Part shown: positions 57,935 to 64,000 of the stretch, piece by piece
Numbering within the stretch: the first letter of the stretch is position 1
Layout: each line of letters opens with the position of its first letter
Sequence record: PV400809.1
DNA length: 64,000 bases
Reading direction: 5' to 3' (one strand)
Made by a program: the position numbers and the translations under genes
Notes under the pieces: model-generated
Told to the model about the DNA's origin: nothing
Seen by the model: only the letters and a program-made list of their open reading frames with translations
Databases searched by the model: none

Positions 57935-58489
57935 TTACCCCTGTGCTAGTTCATGAAGACGTCCAGCTGCTTTGAGTTTACGGATTTCACTGATCGACTT
58001 ACCGTATTTAGCGGCGAGTTCCCTGACCGTCCCTTCCGGAGCCGGTTTATTCGCAAAGCAGAACTTTTTGGGTGTTTCTTCTCGGCTGACACTCTGGGAG
58101 TGATCAGGGAAACGTCGACTGAGGTCTTCCAGGAATTCCTTAGCTTTGGTGATGTAAACCTTAAGGTAGGCGTGGCCTTCCGAGATATCACTTTCAGTCA
58201 ATCGTTGTAACACAACCCTTTCTACGATTCCCTTGGCGGCACTGCCTTCAGTATCGTAGATCATTTTATTTATCAGTCCAACCGCATAACCATTTATTGA
58301 CTCTCCATAACCCTCTATTGACTCTCCAGAGGGCACACTCTTGAAACTGTGCAGCATGTGCTTCAAGTAGATAACATCACCAGTGTGCCCTGTTTCCATC
58401 AGGAATAACGCCACTTCAAATCCGTTGTAACACCCCAGATCCTCTTGACGAGCAACGTCGAGTTCTTCCATTTGTTTTTCAGTAAACAT
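57935..58489 (-). CDS. Hypothetical protein with C-terminal HTH-like motif
   Basis: TVRELAAKYGKSISEIRKLK; GAGGA RBS; promoter motif upstream. Confidence 0.65.
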   Translation of the reverse strand: MFTEKQMEELDVARQEDLGCYNGFEVALFLMETGHTGDVIYLKHMLHSFKSVPSGESIEGYGESINGYAVGLINKMIYDTEGSAAKGIVERVVLQRLTESDISEGHAYLKVYITKAKEFLEDLSRRFPDHSQSVSREETPKKFCFANKPAPEGTVRELAAKYGKSISEIRKLKAAGRLHELAQG

Positions 58490-58519
58490 TGGTTTATTCC
58501 TCGTGGCTTAATACATCAA

Positions 58520-58531
58520 TAATCTAGGTTT
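58520..58531 (-). promoter_or_regulatory. Early-promoter motif variant
   Basis: AAACCTAGATTA on the minus strand, just downstream of the terminator at 58555-58589. Confidence 0.5.
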
Positions 58532-58554
58532 AAAATACGCTATACCGTAATAAA

Positions 58555-58589
58555 CCCTCCTACCTCCCTTCAAAGGGAGGTAGGAGGGT
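58555..58589 (-). terminator. Intrinsic terminator
   Basis: CCCTCCTACCTCCCT/AGGGAGGTAGGAGGG stem followed by TTTATT on the minus strand. Confidence 0.75.
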
Positions 58590-58609
58590 ATTTACACGGT
58601 GTTTACGGG

Positions 58610-58906
58610 TTAGAGCTTAGAAGAGAGTTTGTCTCGGGGGTTCGAGTGGGAAGTACCGGGGAGCAAGGGCTTATTCTTGAGGGTGCCGGAAATGGTCTTA
58701 CCGTCCGCATTCACCACGTAAAGATCCCCATCAATCACCCGGAGCAAGGTTCTCCCATCAGCAAACTCGACCGTGAGCTCCCGCCGTTCCTTATGTGGGT
58801 CCCAAGAGATAGCAAACCGATCTCCCTGGCCCACAATAATACCTTCATAGTCACGGGAGGTGCCATTCCCACAGTCCTCTCGCATGACCTTTATAATGAA
58901 CGACAT
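58610..58906 (-). CDS. Hypothetical protein
   Basis: 98 aa, AGAGGA RBS; LYVVNADGKT motif. Confidence 0.7.
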   Translation of the reverse strand: MSFIIKVMREDCGNGTSRDYEGIIVGQGDRFAISWDPHKERRELTVEFADGRTLLRVIDGDLYVVNADGKTISGTLKNKPLLPGTSHSNPRDKLSSKL

Positions 58907-58943
58907 GACGGTATCCTCTGCACATAGCGGATAAAGAAAAGGT

Positions 58944-58980
58944 CCTGTTCCCTACCCCTCTGAGAAAGGTAGGGAACAGG
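58944..58980 (-). terminator. Terminator of the tRNA transcript
   Basis: CCTGTTCCCTACC/GGTAGGGAACAGG 13-bp stem followed by TTTTCTTT on the minus strand. Confidence 0.75.
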
Positions 58981-59004
58981 TACACCGTCACCCCTGTCAA
59001 GAAG

Positions 59005-59105
59005 CCGCGGTCCATCCTGGAAGAGAGAAGAGAACAGGATGGCTGGCGGAGCGGGACAGTGCAGGGCATTTGGGGGAGGGTAGTGCCGAGCCTGTGTGTC
59101 CCAGT
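59005..59105 (-). ncRNA. Candidate sRNA with two pyrimidine-loop hairpins, downstream of tRNA-Thr
   Basis: Stems GGGACA…TGTCCC and CCATCCTG…CAGGATGG; minus-strand loops CUACCCUCCCCCA and UUCUCUUCUCUCUUC. Confidence 0.4.
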
Positions 59106-59123
59106 CTTTGGGGTAACGATGTT

Positions 59124-59199
59124 TGGTTCCGTGACCAGGGTTCGAACCCGGGACCTACTGTTTACGAAACAGTTGCTCTACCTACTGAGCTATCACGGA
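59124..59199 (-). tRNA. tRNA-Thr (anticodon CGT)
   Basis: TCCGTGA/TCACGGA acceptor stem, GCTC-AGTAGGTA-GAGC D arm, ACTGT-TTCGTAA-ACAGT anticodon arm, TTCGAAC T loop, encoded CCA; 76 nt. Confidence 0.96.
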
Positions 59200-59219
59200 G
59201 TAAACTTAACCTAAATGGA

Positions 59220-59408
59220 TCACCACGATTTCAGTTCCAAAGGTGTCAGCCACCCATTGGTTGAAGTCTTTACGCTTGAGTCCACAGTAGGAGAAAATAA
59301 CAGACGAAATTCTACCGGGCGAACCAGTCCAACAAACCGTATTCGTTCATTGTGTTTTTCTTCCAGTGTTACACTTGAATCGAAAGGGGGTCCGTTCGCC
59401 ATTGTCAT
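59220..59408 (-). CDS. Hypothetical small protein
   Basis: 62-aa ORF with AGGT upstream. Confidence 0.35.
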   Translation of the reverse strand: MTMANGPPFDSSVTLEEKHNERIRFVGLVRPVEFRLLFSPTVDSSVKTSTNGWLTPLELKSW

Positions 59409-59540
59409 ACCTATTCACCCCATCACAAGGAATAGATAGACCTGTACTGTTTTATGCTCTCGGCCACGGACGACTGCGAGTAACCGCTAAGGGTTACTGT
59501 TACGAGAGCACCCCTTACAAGGGAAAGATTACGGAAACGA

Positions 59541-59732
59541 CTAACTGGACTTGGAAGGGGTCTTTTTCGAAGATTCCGCTTTATCGGAACTGGGGTCGAA
59601 CCACCCCGCCTTCTTGTCTTCCTCGTACCAATGCTTAGCCACCTCGTGATCGATACCCACTTTCTTAGCGAACTCAGCGCTGTGGGCGGCGTCTCGCATA
59701 AGGTTGGCTTGTTTACGTGATACACTTGGCAT
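59541..59732 (-). CDS. Conserved small phage protein (MPS.S.KQA..M..AAH..EFAKKVGI family)
   Basis: N-terminal pattern recalled from many phage hypothetical proteins; GAGG RBS. Confidence 0.75.
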   Translation of the reverse strand: MPSVSRKQANLMRDAAHSAEFAKKVGIDHEVAKHWYEEDKKAGWFDPSSDKAESSKKTPSKSS

Positions 59733-59789
59733 AGGGTTACCTCTTCTAGAAAAAGAGCGCCCGACATAGATTGGAACGGATGTGGAAGA

Positions 59790-60137
59790 TTAATGCTGAC
59801 CCTTTACCTCCGCCCAGAAGGAAGCCTTCAGGTTACAACCCCACGCATAGAACTTGACGTAGTAACGAAGGGTCTCCTCCACCGTTTCAACCAGTTCTTG
59901 GGCGTGTTCAGCGCTCATAACCGATTCCTTAGCCGGTGGGCCCAGGTCTACCCGTTCCTTAAAGGCGGCTGTAAGCACCGGGTAGTTGGCCTCGAGGGGA
60001 AGATCGTTGGTCAGGAAGTACTTGTGGTACAACAAACTCAACCCCGAGCAGACCCCCAGGTAGCGGTCATCGCTGACGGTTTGAAGTTGGAGACACTCTT
60101 TAACCAATCGAGCCCAATGGACCATTCTCATGTTCAT
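59790..60137 (-). CDS. Hypothetical protein
   Basis: 115 aa, GAGGGAG RBS. Confidence 0.7.
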   Translation of the reverse strand: MNMRMVHWARLVKECLQLQTVSDDRYLGVCSGLSLLYHKYFLTNDLPLEANYPVLTAAFKERVDLGPPAKESVMSAEHAQELVETVEETLRYYVKFYAWGCNLKASFWAEVKGQH

Positions 60138-60170
60138 TCTCCCTCGGTGGAATAAGGATTAACGGAATGC

Positions 60171-60977
60171 TCAGTGATGAGCAGACGGTTTGGTGTTACG
60201 CCGGGTGATTTCTTGGTAATGGACCTCCTCCAACGACAGGGAAGGATTGTCATTACGCTTACTCAACACATACCCCAACAGCAGGGGTTGGTGGATAACG
60301 ATTTCCCGGGAAGTGAGAGGGAATTTCTCACTGTAGTACGGCACCCAGCTCTGTTGTTTCAGCAGTTGTTCGATTACCCGGGTTTTCTCATCCTTAGCGA
60401 ATTCGATGTTCTCGTGGGTGAATTCGAGCTCATGGGTAATGATGTACCAATGGATCCAAGGATGCGCACCGCCCAAGCGGTCGCAGTAGAAGACACTGGG
60501 TTCGTTGTCCCCTGGGACGTAGAAGCGTCCGGGGTCGCTCTCTTCAAAATTATCCCCTGTGTGGTATACGATAGAACTGAACTGACCGTTGGGTAGGGTT
60601 TTATTCCGATAGAACTCCACATCCCAACGATCCACCACTTCCATTCGAGGGTCCGAAGGATCCTCCGAATTGCAACGGATAATGTAGATCACGAAGGTGT
60701 AGGACCCATCCGGGTCTACAGGCCGATCCAACCCCGCAGAGCGGAGGTCGTACAATGCCCGATAAGGATCCTTGGAGTACAACCCCTCTTCCTCATCAAC
60801 TATCCGTTTAACCACTTTAACGGCTTCAGGGAGCGTTGTGAAGGCTTTTGCGTCGTACCAGTGGGTCATGTAGCGGGGATGGTCAAACGCCTCACCATAA
60901 GCGTTATAGAAGCGTGTAACGGCATCTCCTTGGTTATTGAGACGGGAATCAATCCGGATGATGTAGGAAATGGACAT
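60171..60977 (-). CDS. Hypothetical protein, paralog of 62008..62793
   Basis: Shares PG.NEPS.FY…GAHPW..WYI..HELEFT. Confidence 0.75.
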   Translation of the reverse strand: MSISYIIRIDSRLNNQGDAVTRFYNAYGEAFDHPRYMTHWYDAKAFTTLPEAVKVVKRIVDEEEGLYSKDPYRALYDLRSAGLDRPVDPDGSYTFVIYIIRCNSEDPSDPRMEVVDRWDVEFYRNKTLPNGQFSSIVYHTGDNFEESDPGRFYVPGDNEPSVFYCDRLGGAHPWIHWYIITHELEFTHENIEFAKDEKTRVIEQLLKQQSWVPYYSEKFPLTSREIVIHQPLLLGYVLSKRNDNPSLSLEEVHYQEITRRNTKPSAHH

Positions 60978-61032
60978 GATGATTTCCTTTTAAGGGGGGG
61001 TAGGGTTGTAGGACGTGGGGAAGAGTATTCCA

Positions 61033-61398
61033 TCAATGGAGGGTGTGTGGGATTTCTTCGACTTCACTCATGTATTCTTCGGCGACACGAAGCACGCCTT
61101 CCAACGTTTCGCCGCCGTACTTAGCATCTTTGTAGATTCCCATCGACAATTCGCCATCATTGTACATCATGATGACTCCCTGGGGATGGATACCTTCAAC
61201 ATTTTGAATACGGATTGAGATGATAATCGCAGTTAAGAGGGTGGGTTGATATTTATATCCCTGATGCAGGATGAAATCGACTATTTCGCCGTCAATCTCT
61301 AAGGTAATACACACCCTCGCGTTAGGACCCTTCAGGCGCTGGATATCTTGAAGATTCTTCGCCATCGATTCAAATACTTCTTTAATCGTTCTTTCCAT
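61033..61398 (-). CDS. Hypothetical protein
   Basis: 121-aa ORF. Confidence 0.65.
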   Translation of the reverse strand: MERTIKEVFESMAKNLQDIQRLKGPNARVCITLEIDGEIVDFILHQGYKYQPTLLTAIIISIRIQNVEGIHPQGVIMMYNDGELSMGIYKDAKYGGETLEGVLRVAEEYMSEVEEIPHTLH

Positions 61399-61473
61399 AA
61401 ATCACCCAAATACGAAATGGAGGGTTGTAGGTTAATCGCCGAACTGATCGTTTTGGGTACCTATAAACTCCTC

Positions 61474-61971
61474 CTAGTTACGGGGTTTTACAGCGATAAC
61501 TTCGAATGCTTCACCGATAGGCTTGTCAGCGTAGAGGGCTCCCAACGGAACGTTAACGTCGAAGTATTTACCAAAAAGGTGAACGAATTCATCCGCTCCA
61601 AAGGTAAACCCCTTATTCTCTCCATTACACACGTTGATTTCCTCCCCACGGAAATCATAGACCCGCCTGGGAGTAACGAGGATAGCGCGTTGTTCCGCAT
61701 CCGCAATCAGGCTTTGCCATCCTTCAAGGGTCAAATGGCAGGGGAGGGTCGTCAGTGAATACGCCGCTTTCATGCGTTCGGGGTTGGGTTTCTTGTAGAA
61801 CACCGCACAGAGAATCGGTTGGCCTTCAATGGTCGATTCAAACGGGCAGGTGTAAAAGAAGTCGCCCTTTTGGATGTCATTGGTTACCAGCGCGTACTGG
61901 CGATGACGAATCAACATACATAGAGTTTTTCTAGCCATTACAAATTCCTTGACTACTGAAATAACTACCAA
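61474..61971 (-). CDS. Hypothetical protein
   Basis: Start probably MARKT after AAGGA. Confidence 0.65.
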   Translation of the reverse strand: MVVISVVKEFVMARKTLCMLIRHRQYALVTNDIQKGDFFYTCPFESTIEGQPILCAVFYKKPNPERMKAAYSLTTLPCHLTLEGWQSLIADAEQRAILVTPRRVYDFRGEEINVCNGENKGFTFGADEFVHLFGKYFDVNVPLGALYADKPIGEAFEVIAVKPRN

Positions 61972-61995
61972 CAGAGGCCCTGTGAGGCCTCTGTT
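61970..61995 (-). terminator. Hairpin/terminator
   Basis: AACAGAGGCC/GGCCTCTGTT 10-bp stem. Confidence 0.55.
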
Positions 61996-62007
61996 GAATG
62001 ATTGTCT

Positions 62008-62793
62008 TTATTGTTTATCCGAAACACGACGAGACAATTTTTGTTGGTGGATTTCTTCTAGGGTGAGATCGGGGTTCTTATTACGAAGAGCCAGAACATC
62101 CCCCAGGAGTACTAGATCCCCCACTGCAACCTGATCCCCTGCCTTAGGAAACATCTCGTCATAAAGCTCCACATTGGAACTTTGGTTACTGATCTTACCG
62201 ATGACCTTGTCTTTCTCTTCCAAAGCAGTTTTAACTGAAGCGGAAGTGAACTCAAGTTCATGACTGCGGATATACCAGTACACCCACGGGTGAGCGCCCT
62301 CCAATGCCTTGGGGTAGAAGAGACTCGGTTCATTCTTACCCGGCAAGTAGGGCATGTTGGGTTGATCGGGATTCGTTTCGACGCGGTAGAAAGTCCTGGC
62401 GAGTTTATCTCCTCCACCCCATATGAAGTCGACTCCCCAGCGATCAACTGTTTTGACTTTCAAGTCGGAGGGATCGGTGTAGGAGAACTCGACAATGGAG
62501 AGATCGAACTCGTATTTCGTACCGGGAACAGGTGCGTTGTAATCACGACGCAGTATCCGGAATGTGAGGGGAAGATCGACCGAACCATCACCGAAGCGGG
62601 TGTTCTTATCAGTGAGCATCCGGTTAATGACTTCAGTAGCACTTTCGAGGCTGTGGAAGGTACTACAGTCCATCCAGGACTTGCTGAAATCGGGATAACC
62701 ACGAGAAGAGGGATCCTCGGCATAATACTGAGTGATGGTTCCCGGGTGGGAAGTGGAACGTTGGTCGACTTGAATGATGTAAAACGTGTTCAT
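62008..62793 (-). CDS. Hypothetical protein, paralog of 60171..60977
   Basis: Same conserved blocks; GAGGGG RBS. Confidence 0.75.
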   Translation of the reverse strand: MNTFYIIQVDQRSTSHPGTITQYYAEDPSSRGYPDFSKSWMDCSTFHSLESATEVINRMLTDKNTRFGDGSVDLPLTFRILRRDYNAPVPGTKYEFDLSIVEFSYTDPSDLKVKTVDRWGVDFIWGGGDKLARTFYRVETNPDQPNMPYLPGKNEPSLFYPKALEGAHPWVYWYIRSHELEFTSASVKTALEEKDKVIGKISNQSSNVELYDEMFPKAGDQVAVGDLVLLGDVLALRNKNPDLTLEEIHQQKLSRRVSDKQ

Positions 62794-62810
62794 ACCACCC
62801 CCTCGTCTTG

Positions 62811-63134
62811 TTAAGTCAAAAGGTCACTGAAATTGTCATGTAGGATTTGGGTGAACGGCTCTCCCAAGTCTTCACAACATGGGTCACCTATTCTCTCGGC
62901 CAGATGATCCATGTGTAGATTATCGAGGAATTCCGTGTGTTCTTCCTCGCTGTACCAAGATTCAACGAGATGGTCTAACACACAATAATTGATTTCCCCG
63001 TCGTACTCGATAACTCGATACGTCCCATTCTCCAGGTATTCTTTGTTGTTATGGAAATCAACGGAATCCCGTTCGCCTACGATGGGACTCGACAGAGGGG
63101 TCCGTTCTTTCCCTTCCTTACGAACTGTTGCCAT
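62811..63134 (-). CDS. Hypothetical acidic protein
   Basis: 107 aa, AAGGAG RBS. Confidence 0.7.
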   Translation of the reverse strand: MATVRKEGKERTPLSSPIVGERDSVDFHNNKEYLENGTYRVIEYDGEINYCVLDHLVESWYSEEEHTEFLDNLHMDHLAERIGDPCCEDLGEPFTQILHDNFSDLLT

Positions 63135-63158
63135 GGGGGTTACTCCTTCTGAAAGATG

Positions 63159-63641
63159 TTAAAAGTCTTCGACGTAGAAGAGTTTGACCAATTCAATATG
63201 ACGAACCACTTTACCCAGGAGTTCGTCTTTGTAATCCACACCCCCATGCAACAGGTGTTTGTTCTTGAAATCCCGTTCCAGATCTTTCATTCCCCAGCCC
63301 AGGGTCCCTACGGTCAACCCTGCAATGACCCCTTTAGTGTTCCGTACGATCTTAATCCGGAAACGAATGTTCCCTGAATACCCTTCTCCGAAACCGTGGA
63401 TAGCACCTTTGTTCCGCTCCTGGTAGATGGTGTGGAGAAAGAAGAAGTCTTCCGTCTTGGCTTCACCCCGGGGTAGGTGATTGAGAATATCCTTATCGAT
63501 AGGGAGTTGGGTGATTACCCGATCGAAGTTGGAGAAGAACACCCCAACTTCCTCGTACCCTTTGTAAATGTCATCCACAACGCCGGGGAGGGGTTGAGCA
63601 TTAATGATCATTTCTTGTAGCCGTGATTTAATCGGTAGCAT
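63159..63641 (-). CDS. Hypothetical protein (FGEGYxGN motif)
   Basis: 160 aa, GAGG RBS. Confidence 0.7.
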   Translation of the reverse strand: MLPIKSRLQEMIINAQPLPGVVDDIYKGYEEVGVFFSNFDRVITQLPIDKDILNHLPRGEAKTEDFFFLHTIYQERNKGAIHGFGEGYSGNIRFRIKIVRNTKGVIAGLTVGTLGWGMKDLERDFKNKHLLHGGVDYKDELLGKVVRHIELVKLFYVEDF

Positions 63642-63765
63642 TTTGGATTACCTCAGGTGTTTGTGAAATTCTAAATGATTCTGGTCAATGTACGTATTAG
63701 ATACACTCAACAGAATAATTTAACCACCGGTAGGTTATCCCTACCGGGGTATTGATGGTGAGGGG

Positions 63766-64000
63766 TTAGTCTTTACCACCTTCAATGACCTTGAACGGAG
63801 AGGTGTGTCCATTCTGAGGTTTAGGGGCGGAGGATTCTTTCTTATCGTCCTGACCTGGAGGAGTGATTTCACCAGGGGCGAGCATCAGGTGACCATCTTC
63901 ATCCTGACCTACGATTCGACACACCCCACCCAGGTAAATCAAGTCTCTGTTATACCGTACACCCAAGATATCTTCATACTTGATGAAGAGCTCGTATACC
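63766..64000 (-). CDS. C-terminal part of a possible SspB-like ClpXP adaptor (5'-truncated)
   Basis: Frame open to the window end (VYELFIKYEDILGVRY…); Pro/acidic linker ending SPFKVIEGGKD, resembling the SspB XB tail. Confidence 0.45.
   Translation of the reverse strand, partial: VYELFIKYEDILGVRYNRDLIYLGGVCRIVGQDEDGHLMLAPGEITPPGQDDKKESSAPKPQNGHTSPFKVIEGGKD

Overview
A 64-kb segment of a phiKZ-related jumbo phage genome. It appears very close to Pseudomonas phage EL: the chaperonin matches my recollection of EL gp146 almost residue for residue, and an NAD-dependent ligase and a tRNA-Thr are present. Gene identities come from motifs and recalled families, not database searches. Left to right: the end of a collagen-like tail fibre plus Kelch-propeller tail proteins; a minus-strand block of early/accessory genes (GNATs, GroEL, exported proteins, a glycine-zipper protein, an Acb1-like 2H phosphodiesterase, a DHH phosphoesterase, RNase H, LigA, a pair of nucleotidyltransferase-fold proteins, SbcC); a morphogenesis block (spike, three large paralogous tail proteins, overlapped spanins, holin candidate, RuvC, baseplate-like proteins, putative portal); and a second accessory block with tRNA-Thr(CGU) and structured non-coding elements. 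The most notable unexplained signals are: a P-x-[DN]-YGRL-x-FKE peptide shared by two unlinked genes (tandemly repeated in one); tandem NTase paralogs that have lost opposite catalytic aspartates; a candidate sRNA with pyrimidine (anti-SD-like) loops behind the tRNA; a ~350-nt structured gene-free interval; and a recurring AAACCTA(C/T)ATTA early-promoter motif. No CRISPR array, reverse transcriptase/DGR, integrase, transposase or intron was seen.
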